In this document: positions 54,223-62,283 of the stretch, one piece after another
Numbering within the stretch: the first letter of the stretch is position 1
Layout of the letters: the number at the start of each line of letters is the position of its first letter
Assembly (NCBI GenBank): GCA_964612295.1
Contig: CAZTDY010000005.1
Location: 1-64,000 of the forward strand
Direction of reading: 5' to 3'
DNA: 64,000 nt
Origin: an uncultured bacterium
Lineage (GTDB): Bacteria > Eisenbacteria > RBG-16-71-46 > CAIMUX01 > WJJG01
Program-made: the position numbers and the translations under genes
Notes under the pieces: model-generated
The model's database searches: none
What the model saw: only the letters and a program-made list of their open reading frames with translations
What the model was told of the DNA's origin: nothing

Positions 54223-54741
54223 CTAGCGCGCGTCGTGGGCGCCATCGTTGGCGATCAGCCGACCGGTCTTGATGTAGAACTTCCACCCACCCGTGTCGCT
54301 CGAAGCTGCGGCCGTGATATCGGTCGTGGCGATATCACAGATGATCGAGTTCAAGCTGTTGAACGGGTTGTTCGGCACCCCCTTCTTCAGGTAGGGACCG
54401 TACTTGTAGGTGCCGTCCTTCGAGACGGATGTTTTCCCGTCGGCCGCGCTGTAGTTCGTCAGCTGCTTCACGAAGGCTGCCTGAGCCTCGGCCGCAGTGG
54501 TGACGTCGGCGCCATCGGTTTCTTTCTTCTCGCCGGGATAGACGGCCGCGTGCTGGTGGTAGTACAGCTCAACCGCATTCCGCAACTCCGCCAAGGATGA
54601 ATCCAGAGCTGACAGCTTCGCATCCTCTGTGTTGCTGCCGAACTGCGGAATCGCGATGGCCGCGAGGACGCCAAGAATGACGACCACGATCAGCAACTCG
54701 ACCAACGTGAACCCCGACCGCATGGAGAGGCGACGTGCCAT
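54223..54741 (-). CDS. Major pseudopilin / type IV pilin (GspG/PilA-like).
   Basis: 'MARRLSMRSGFTLVELLIVVVILGVLAAIAIPQF', a canonical class-III signal sequence. SD AAGGGAGA. Confidence 0.8.
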   Translation of the reverse strand: MARRLSMRSGFTLVELLIVVVILGVLAAIAIPQFGSNTEDAKLSALDSSLAELRNAVELYYHQHAAVYPGEKKETDGADVTTAAEAQAAFVKQLTNYSAADGKTSVSKDGTYKYGPYLKKGVPNNPFNSLNSIICDIATTDITAAASSDTGGWKFYIKTGRLIANDGAHDAR

Positions 54742-54810
54742 GGTTTTGTCTCCCTTCATGACTCTCCGTCAATGTGCACGCGACTCTGATGCCACGTGCT
54801 GACCCAACCT

Positions 54811-55977
54811 CTAGTGCATCGTCCGAGACAGCTTGAACAGCGGCATGATGAAGGAGACGGCGATAAAACCGACCACCAACCCCATACCCACAAGCATGAC
54901 CGGCTCGATGAGTGTACTGAGGCGCTTGATGTCGCTTTCGAGCTCTTCCCGATAGCGATCACTAAGCCTCGTCAATACCGTGTCGAGCGCTCCGGAGGAC
55001 TCTCCGGTCGAGAGCATCAACCGAACGGCCTCCGGAAGAAAACTGGCCTCCTGGAATGCGGCCGCGACCCCGCGACCTGCCTCCACCTGTTCGGCCAGCC
55101 GGTTGAAGAGCACCTCGAACTTGGCGTTCTTCACCGCATGGCGGGCAATCTCAATCGCTTCCAAGTGCGGCACCTTGCTGCTGAGCAAGAGCCCCAAGCT
55201 CGAGAAGAGCTGATAGAGATATGCGCTATAGAAGAGTCTGCCGACCCCGGGCAAACGCAGCTTGAAATGATCCCAAGTGTGTCTGAACGCCGGGGATTGC
55301 AGGCCTTTCCGGATCGCAATGCCCACCGCTATTAGTATCGGTAGTGCGATCCACCACCTTGAGCGCAGGAAATTGGTCGTCCCGAGTAGGATGCGGGTAG
55401 ACATTGGCAACTCGTCCCCGAGCTCCACAAAAAGGTCCTCGAAGCGGGGGAACATGTAGAACATCATAAAGCCGACCACGAGGACCATGATTCCCGTGAT
55501 CACCATCGGGTAGGTCATCGCCTCTCGGATCCGGGCCTGCAAAGTCTTGCGTACCTGTAACATGTGGGCGAGCCGCTCGAGTCCCTCCTGCAGGGCTCCG
55601 CTCGCCTCGCCGCCTCTTACGATGCTGACGTAGAGGGAGTCGAAGACCTTGGGATGGCGCGCGAGGCACTCCGACAGCCCCGCCCCCTCCTCTAGTCGTG
55701 CATGCACGGACTGGAGAGTTTTCTTCAGGGGCACCGAACGCACCTGGGCGCCGAGCGCATGGATCGACGGAAGCAGGCTGTTCCCGGTTTGAAGCAACAG
55801 TGCCAGCTGCTGGGTGAAGAGGACCTTGTCATCCAGGCTGACAGTCGAAGATCCGATCTGGATCTCGTTGAGCCGGCCGAGGAAATTGCCTGACTTTTTC
55901 GGTGGGGCAGGGCCAGCCGTCCCGCTCTCGGGAGCCGGTGCGGTCTTTGGCTGCGTCTCGGTCAGATTGATTGCCAC
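54811..55977 (-). CDS. Type II secretion / type IV pilus inner-membrane platform protein (GspF/PilC family).
   Basis: Two T2SSF domains and three TM segments. Confidence 0.85.
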   Translation of the reverse strand: MAINLTETQPKTAPAPESGTAGPAPPKKSGNFLGRLNEIQIGSSTVSLDDKVLFTQQLALLLQTGNSLLPSIHALGAQVRSVPLKKTLQSVHARLEEGAGLSECLARHPKVFDSLYVSIVRGGEASGALQEGLERLAHMLQVRKTLQARIREAMTYPMVITGIMVLVVGFMMFYMFPRFEDLFVELGDELPMSTRILLGTTNFLRSRWWIALPILIAVGIAIRKGLQSPAFRHTWDHFKLRLPGVGRLFYSAYLYQLFSSLGLLLSSKVPHLEAIEIARHAVKNAKFEVLFNRLAEQVEAGRGVAAAFQEASFLPEAVRLMLSTGESSGALDTVLTRLSDRYREELESDIKRLSTLIEPVMLVGMGLVVGFIAVSFIMPLFKLSRTMH

Positions 55978-56100
55978 GCCTTGTGCCCTCGGGGAAGCCC
56001 AATACCACTACATGGTCCTCTATCGGACCTGTTCGTGGGCCCCTTGAGATGTCCCGGGGAAACGATGTATGGCTGATATCAGGCTATGGGGGCGGGTAGG

Positions 56101-57810
56101 CTACTCGACCGACACGGCGCGGCTGACCTCTTCGAGCGTCGTTTTCCCATCGAGGACGCGCGAGAAGCCTTCGGAGCGGAGACTGGGGAGATCGTTTTCG
56201 CGCTGGTGGACCCGGATCTCGTCGATGGAGGGGTTTTCCAGAACGAGCCGCTGGAGCTCCTCCGTGATCTGGAGGAGTTCATAGATTCCGAGACGGCCCC
56301 GGTACCCGGAATCGAAACAGAGGCTGCAGCCCCGCCCGCGCGTGAGCTGGACTTTCGTGTCGGCGGTGACACCCAGGGTCTCGAGTTCCGAGGCCGTCGG
56401 CATGTAACGCGTGGCGCACTCGGTGCAGACCGTTCGCACGAGCCGCTGGCCGATGACCCCGATCAGGGAGGAGGCCAGGAGGTAACTCTCAATCCCCATC
56501 TCCAGCAGGCGGCTGATCGAGCTTGCAGCATCGTTGGTGTGCATGGTCGAGAGCACCAGGTGTCCGGTGAGCGCCGCCTGAACCGCGATCTCGGCGGTTT
56601 CGGCATCCCGAATCTCACCGACCATGATGATGTCGGGATCCTGCCGCAGCACGGTGCGCAAGACCCGAGCAAAGGAGAGGCCAATGTCGTCGCGGACCTG
56701 ATTCTGGTTGATGATGTCGAACTGGTACTCGACCGGATCCTCGATGGTCACGATGTTCTTCTCGAGCGAATTCAGTTCGCGCAAGCCCGCGTACAGCGTG
56801 GTCGTCTTCCCGCTTCCGGTCGGACCGGTCACCAGCACCAGCCCGTGCGGGCGGTGAAGCAGGGTCCGGAAGCATCCCAGGGTCGCCTCGGAAAAGCCGA
56901 TCTGATCGAGCCCCAAGACGCCAGCCTCCCGGTCGAGCACCCGCAGCACGACCTTTTCCCCGGAAACGCCCGGCAGGGAAGAGAAGCGCAGATCGATCGT
57001 GCGCCCGTGGGCCATGACCTGGATCCGTCCATCCTGGGGGAGTCGCCTCTCCGCGATGTCGAGATTGGCCATGATCTTCAGGCGGGAGATCACCGGCGGG
57101 AGAAGCTCGATCCGCTGGCGCATCACCTCGTAGAGTACGCCGTCGATCCGATAGCGGACCCTGAAGAAGGTGCGCTCCGGTTCGATGTGGATGTCGCTGG
57201 CGTGCTCCTTGATCGACTTCAGGACAATCAGATTGACCAGGTTGATGATCGGGCTCTCACCGGCCATGTCGGCGATGTCTTCGAAGTTGCCGTCGATCTC
57301 CTGGGAGACCAACTCGACGTCGGCCTTCTCCATGTCGGAGACCAGATCCTCGATCTTCTCTTCCGAGTCGCCCTCGAAAGACTCCCTGATCATCTCCAGG
57401 ATGTCTTCTTTGGGACACACGACCGGCAGCACTTCACAGCCGGTCGATTTGCGGATGATATCGAGGACGAAGACTTTGTGCGGATCGCTGATGGCGAGAA
57501 ACAGGCGGTTGTGAATACGGAAGAGCGGGAGCACCTCGTAGAGTTCGGCCTTCTCGCGCGGGATCGTGGTGGCGAGAGCGGGATCGGCCAGGCCCTTGCG
57601 CAGGTGCGCATAGGGTATTCCGGCCCGCTCGGCCAGGGCTTGGGAGATGTTCTCCTCGGTGACCAACCCCATCTCGACCAGGATCTCACCCAGCCGGCGG
57701 CCGCTTTGCGCATGTGCGGCCAGCGCATCGCGCTTCTGTTCAGGGGTGATCCGCCCCTGCTGGACGAGGTAGTCGCCCAGGGGGAGCTTCTGTGTGTCGG
57801 TCTTGCGCAC
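56101..57810 (-). CDS. Type II secretion / type IV pilus assembly ATPase (GspE/PilB family).
   Basis: N-terminal GspII (T2SSE_N) domain. Walker A 'GPTGSGKTTTLYA'. Asp and His boxes. Tetracysteine 'CTECATRY...CSLC'. Confidence 0.9.
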   Translation of the reverse strand: MRKTDTQKLPLGDYLVQQGRITPEQKRDALAAHAQSGRRLGEILVEMGLVTEENISQALAERAGIPYAHLRKGLADPALATTIPREKAELYEVLPLFRIHNRLFLAISDPHKVFVLDIIRKSTGCEVLPVVCPKEDILEMIRESFEGDSEEKIEDLVSDMEKADVELVSQEIDGNFEDIADMAGESPIINLVNLIVLKSIKEHASDIHIEPERTFFRVRYRIDGVLYEVMRQRIELLPPVISRLKIMANLDIAERRLPQDGRIQVMAHGRTIDLRFSSLPGVSGEKVVLRVLDREAGVLGLDQIGFSEATLGCFRTLLHRPHGLVLVTGPTGSGKTTTLYAGLRELNSLEKNIVTIEDPVEYQFDIINQNQVRDDIGLSFARVLRTVLRQDPDIIMVGEIRDAETAEIAVQAALTGHLVLSTMHTNDAASSISRLLEMGIESYLLASSLIGVIGQRLVRTVCTECATRYMPTASELETLGVTADTKVQLTRGRGCSLCFDSGYRGRLGIYELLQITEELQRLVLENPSIDEIRVHQRENDLPSLRSEGFSRVLDGKTTLEEVSRAVSVE

Positions 57811-58145
57811 TAGAGGAAGCTTCTCCCGGCACTCTCGAGATCCTCGTACACCGGGATCGTCTGATCCACGCGGGTGATGCGAAGGATCTCCTTACAGGTC
57901 TCGTTTGCGCAGGCGATCCGCAGGGACCCTCCCCGCGAACTGAGATCGGTGGAAAGATCCCAGAGGTATTCCAGGCCATGGCTGTCGATGAAGGGAACCT
58001 GCTTCATGTCGATGACGATGTTCGCGCCACCGGTGTCCCGAACTTCCTGCACGGCCTTCTGGAAGCTGGGAACTTGCTCTTCGATCAGCGACGCATCCGG
58101 CGAAAGATAGGTGGCGACCCCCAGCTTTGTCTGACGAACCGTCAT
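57810..58145 (-). CDS. STAS-domain anti-sigma-factor antagonist-like protein (SpoIIAA-like).
   Basis: 'NIVIDMKQVPFIDSHGLEYL' with the conserved Ser/His region. SD AGGAGA. Its stop overlaps the GspE start. Confidence 0.75.
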   Translation of the reverse strand: MTVRQTKLGVATYLSPDASLIEEQVPSFQKAVQEVRDTGGANIVIDMKQVPFIDSHGLEYLWDLSTDLSSRGGSLRIACANETCKEILRITRVDQTIPVYEDLESAGRSFL

Positions 58146-58154
58146 GTGCGTCTC

Positions 58155-59609
58155 CTAAGCGGCCTTCTGATCGCCGCCTTCCTCAGTCTGACAGGCCATG
58201 ATCTCGGCAATCTTGCCCGACTTGGCCAGTTCGAGAAAAGCCTCGGCAACGTGAGGATCGAACTGGGTTCCGGTGCATCTCTTGATCTCGTCGAGGACGA
58301 CCTCGAGGTCCTGGGCGGGACGGTAGGCCCGCGAGGAGGCCATGGCGTCAAACGTATCGGCCACGGCAATGATGCGCGAGGCGAGTGGGATGTCCTCCGC
58401 TTCCAGGCCGGCAGGGTACCCGTTCCCGTCATATCGCTCATGGTGATGCATGATCACCGGCAGGATCTTCTGAAGCTGAGGGATTGGTTCGAGGACACGC
58501 ACCCCCCGTTCGGGGTGAGTCTTGATGACCGCGAACTCCTCGTTCGTGAGCCTGCCGGGTTTGTTGAGAATCTCGCGGCCGATGGCGATCTTGCCGACGT
58601 CGTGCAGGAGTGCGGCCCAACTCAGCGAGCGCTGATCATCGGCGCCGAGTTCTAGCTGCTCGCCGAGCAGGATCGACAGCTGGTAGACGCGTTCGGAGTG
58701 ACCGCGCGTGTACTCGTCTTTGGCATCCACGGCGGCCACCAGGCTCTTCACCGTGTTGAAGAGCATGTCCTGCAGCTCCTGATAGAGGTGCCGCGCGGTG
58801 GTCGCGCTCGAGAGCTCCTCGGCGAGGCACTCCAGTAGGCGAAGCTCACCGGTCTCGAAAGGAGGCTCGCTCTCGCCGCGCACGATGGCGACAAACCCGG
58901 AGAGCTCCTCGTGCGTCCGCACGGGAGAGAGCGTGTAATGAGCCGGGCCGTGGGGGGTGTCGAGCGACCCCGGCACGCGGGCCGCAAGCGGGCCCTTGGC
59001 GCGCCCCTCGATCAGTCGTTCGAAGACGGATGCAAACTTCGGCCGGTGTTCAGACAGCCACTGCTGCATCGCGTTGAACTCGGAGCCGGTGGCGTTGGAC
59101 CATTCGAAATGTCCCTTTTGCGCATCGTGCAGCACCAGAATCCGGCCTTCGAGAAGCTCGGCGGTTTCCCGCATGAGATTGCGGAAGGTCGAGCTGATGT
59201 TCCGATCGGGGTGCAGGATCTCGCTGAACCGATAGAGCAGGTTGATCTCGTCGAAGCTGTCGGAGAGCTGGCTCGTCATGTGATCCAGATCGCAGACCGT
59301 ACTGTAATGCCGACCGATCTGGGACGCGAGGCTCTCGACCACCGTGCGGCACTGCGCCTGGTCGCTCGGGAACGTGACGAATCCATAGGTTTCCCCATTC
59401 ATCTTGATGGGGACCTGGTCCAACCTCTCAGCTGAATTGGCCGGTTTCGCTGAGTCGTCCTGCTGGCCGTGCAGACCGGCGACCAGGACTTCACCCTGGG
59501 GGTCGGTGACCTGAAGCGGGGTGATGGTCAGGCAGGCCAGCTCCTTGAGGAGATCACTGTAGTTCACCCGGAGAAAGCTCTTCAGGGTCTCTCGCGCAAT
59601 TGGGGTCAT
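58155..59609 (-). CDS. HD-GYP-domain phosphodiesterase with an N-terminal sensory (GAF-like) region.
   Basis: 'ALLHDVGKIAIGREIL', 'HHERYDGNGYPAGL'. Confidence 0.8.
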   Translation of the reverse strand: MTPIARETLKSFLRVNYSDLLKELACLTITPLQVTDPQGEVLVAGLHGQQDDSAKPANSAERLDQVPIKMNGETYGFVTFPSDQAQCRTVVESLASQIGRHYSTVCDLDHMTSQLSDSFDEINLLYRFSEILHPDRNISSTFRNLMRETAELLEGRILVLHDAQKGHFEWSNATGSEFNAMQQWLSEHRPKFASVFERLIEGRAKGPLAARVPGSLDTPHGPAHYTLSPVRTHEELSGFVAIVRGESEPPFETGELRLLECLAEELSSATTARHLYQELQDMLFNTVKSLVAAVDAKDEYTRGHSERVYQLSILLGEQLELGADDQRSLSWAALLHDVGKIAIGREILNKPGRLTNEEFAVIKTHPERGVRVLEPIPQLQKILPVIMHHHERYDGNGYPAGLEAEDIPLASRIIAVADTFDAMASSRAYRPAQDLEVVLDEIKRCTGTQFDPHVAEAFLELAKSGKIAEIMACQTEEGGDQKAA

Positions 59610-60022
59610 GCCGCCCTCCGTTGGTCGCCGAATTCGGCATCACTGTCGTGCTCTTCAAGCCTGTGCCGGACGGTTCGCAGAAGCTGCTTGGGGCCGATTG
59701 GTTTTTCGACCAGATTCACCGAAGGGATGGCAGCCACCCACTCGCGGATTTCAACGTCGGAACGCGAGGTTACCAGAAGCACGCACGAAGGAATGTAGGG
59801 CCCGTCGCTGGCCAACCGTTCGCACAGCTCCTGACCGGTAAGGCGGGGCATCTGAACATCGCAGATCATTGCATCAAACGCATCTTCCGCACCCAGAAGA
59901 CCGTAAGCGAGTTCACCGTTGGCGGCAGTAGTAACGGAGAAACCCGAATTCTCGAACGTTCGCGCCAAGATGCGCACCACGTTCGTATCGTCATCGACGA
60001 TGAGAATCCGTGGCTGGTCCAT
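59606..60022 (-). CDS. Single-domain CheY-like response regulator.
   Basis: 'ILIVDDD', 'CDVQMP' (phospho-Asp) and 'EKP'. Its stop overlaps the HD-GYP start (ATGA). Confidence 0.8.
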   Translation of the reverse strand: MDQPRILIVDDDTNVVRILARTFENSGFSVTTAANGELAYGLLGAEDAFDAMICDVQMPRLTGQELCERLASDGPYIPSCVLLVTSRSDVEIREWVAAIPSVNLVEKPIGPKQLLRTVRHRLEEHDSDAEFGDQRRAA

Positions 60023-60052
60023 GACTCCTCCTCTAGGTCACCCTTTCCAATC

Positions 60053-61921
60053 TCAAGCGGCCGGAACGCTGAGTTGGGAACCGATTTCACGTGTGGGCAA
60101 CCACAGCCGGAACGTGCTGCCCGCGCCTTCTGCGCTCTCGACAGCGATCGTTCCTTCATGGGTATCGGCGATCTCCTTGACCAACGATAGGCCCAAGCCG
60201 GATCCGGACTTGGCTTGAACCTCCTCCTGCTCGGATCGAACGAATTGCATGAAAACCGTCTGATGTAGTTCTTCGGGAATCCCGTAGCCGGTGTCCTGGA
60301 TCTCAATGGACACGCCGCCGTCGGCTTCCAGCGCGCGCACGCAGATCGTGCCACCCTCGGGCGTGTACTTGACCGCATTGGTCACCAGGTTGGTCACGGC
60401 CACACCCAGGAGGTCCTTGTCGCCCTGAATCGCCGGGAGGTTCTCCGGCACAGAGATGTCGAGATCGAGGCCACTGCCCTCAGCCTGAGCCCGGACCGCA
60501 CTTGCGGTGGTGCGAACAAGATCGCCGATCTTGACGAACCCAAAGCGGGCGGACAGGTTGCCCATCTCAATCCGCGAGAGCTGCAGGAGATTCGAGATCA
60601 ACTGCCCCATACGATGGGCCTCACCGCTGAGGGTGTTGTAGAACTCCTTGCGTTCCTCGGCCGTCAGGAGCCCATCGTCAGCCAAGGCCTCCACATAGGT
60701 GACGATCGTGTTGAGCGGGGCCTTGAGCTCGTGCGTGACCTGGGAAAGGAACTCCGCCTGCGCGCGCTCGGCCGACTGTTGCGCGGTGGAATCCCGTAGC
60801 GTGTAGATCGTACCGGCGGTTCGTCCGCCGGTGGCCTGCATGGTGATACGGTTGATCGTGATGGTCCGAGCGTTCGCGTCGTCCGACTGGGTCAGCGTTG
60901 CGCGCCCGTCTTGCTGGGCTTCCTGGAGCAGATTCTTGACCGTGTCGGGAATGGAACTCGCCTGGTGGGACGCTTGATCATCCGTCTTGAGATCCAACAT
61001 GCCGATCGCGGCCCGGTTGAGGAAGGAGATCTTCTCGCTGTGATCCACGATGATGACGCCGTCGGGCAGCTGATCGAGGATCTTCTCCATCCGCTTGCGC
61101 TCGTAACTCAGGACGCGGTTCTCGATGGTGAGCGATTCCCGGGCCTGGCGCAGGGTATCGACATAGCTGACGGTCTTGTCCATCACCTCGCTGTAGGCGA
61201 CGTCGCTTGCACCCTCCTCCATCATGTCTGCCGGAGTCTGAATCGACTTCGACAGCTTTTCCAAGAACACCGAGGTGGGGGCCAGGGCGCGCCGAACCGT
61301 GGACTGCGTCAGCCCGACGTAGGCGAGGAGCAGTAACGCGATCGGCAGGAAGGCCTCCGGCGCAAACGCGATGAAACCGCTCTTGGGTTCCGGCAACAGG
61401 AAGACCAGCGTACCGGTCTGACCCTGAGGACCTGCGATCGGATGAGCCAGAAGCTGGCCGGACTGGTGCCCGAAGAGCCGCATGCTCAAGGCTCTGGCCT
61501 GATCATCGTTGGCTTCGACCCCGTTGGGGGGAAGGGTGAACCGCAGCCCGGTGCGGGCCAGGTCGGTATGCGCAACGATCACGCCGGTCGAATCAAGGAT
61601 GGCGGCGGCGCGCAAGTGCGCATCTCGGGTCGCCTGCTCCAAGAGGGGCTGGAGGTGAGGGGTTCCCTGCTTGAGGACCTCGGAACCTGCCGCCTGGGCG
61701 ACCAGTTCAGCCTTCCACCGCGCATGGTTCTCCAGCTGCACCGCATCCTGGCGGCCGTCATTGCGGTGAAGGAGCCAGGTCGAAACCAGGGCAAGCAGCA
61801 CGAGGGCCGCCAGCTGGCCCATCAGCAATCGGCGTGGAATGCTGGGCCGCCAGAACGGTTTGTCCTCCGGCGGTTTCTGGGCGCCGGGGACCTGATCATG
61901 TTTTGTTTCACCCCGAGACAT
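60053..61921 (-). CDS. Sensor histidine kinase with periplasmic / TM / PAS regions, HisKA and HATPase_c domains.
   Basis: H-box 'VTHELKAPLNTI'. N, G1 and G2 boxes 'NLVTNAVKYT', 'DTGYGIP', 'GSGLGLSLV'. Start chosen at the Met preceding the TM helix; the ORF extends to 62248. Confidence 0.75.
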   Translation of the reverse strand: MSRGETKHDQVPGAQKPPEDKPFWRPSIPRRLLMGQLAALVLLALVSTWLLHRNDGRQDAVQLENHARWKAELVAQAAGSEVLKQGTPHLQPLLEQATRDAHLRAAAILDSTGVIVAHTDLARTGLRFTLPPNGVEANDDQARALSMRLFGHQSGQLLAHPIAGPQGQTGTLVFLLPEPKSGFIAFAPEAFLPIALLLLAYVGLTQSTVRRALAPTSVFLEKLSKSIQTPADMMEEGASDVAYSEVMDKTVSYVDTLRQARESLTIENRVLSYERKRMEKILDQLPDGVIIVDHSEKISFLNRAAIGMLDLKTDDQASHQASSIPDTVKNLLQEAQQDGRATLTQSDDANARTITINRITMQATGGRTAGTIYTLRDSTAQQSAERAQAEFLSQVTHELKAPLNTIVTYVEALADDGLLTAEERKEFYNTLSGEAHRMGQLISNLLQLSRIEMGNLSARFGFVKIGDLVRTTASAVRAQAEGSGLDLDISVPENLPAIQGDKDLLGVAVTNLVTNAVKYTPEGGTICVRALEADGGVSIEIQDTGYGIPEELHQTVFMQFVRSEQEEVQAKSGSGLGLSLVKEIADTHEGTIAVESAEGAGSTFRLWLPTREIGSQLSVPAA

Positions 61922-62283
61922 TGGCCCCTCACTTCGTTGGCCTGCCCTAAGCTCACTTCTGCCCGCCCCAGAAGTTACAAGAGCGATGCCAGCTGTGCTC
62001 CGGATGTGGCGCACTTGGGCCACCCTGCGATAAGCTCCGTTTGTTGCGCTCGTTGAGAGCTCCGCGCCCGCGGTTTGCCTCTTGGGGGGCGCCCCGACCG
62101 TGGTTGCAGAAACTGGAGATCGGTCGGTTGAACGTGCATAATGCGACAATGCAGGTGGGAGCTTACGCAGCGAATCGAATCTGCCGAGAGGGCTAGGTTG
62201 GAGGTCGGGTGGCTGGGTCAGGACGTGGATCCTCGAAACGGAGAGCAAGCTCTTCCCGGTTGGGGGACCCGGGTGGGTCAGGT

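Noticed and set aside
56086-57813. 575-aa plus-strand ORF overlapping gspE.
   Set aside because: GspE on the minus strand has a Walker A, Asp/His boxes and a tetracysteine. The plus ORF is an artefact.
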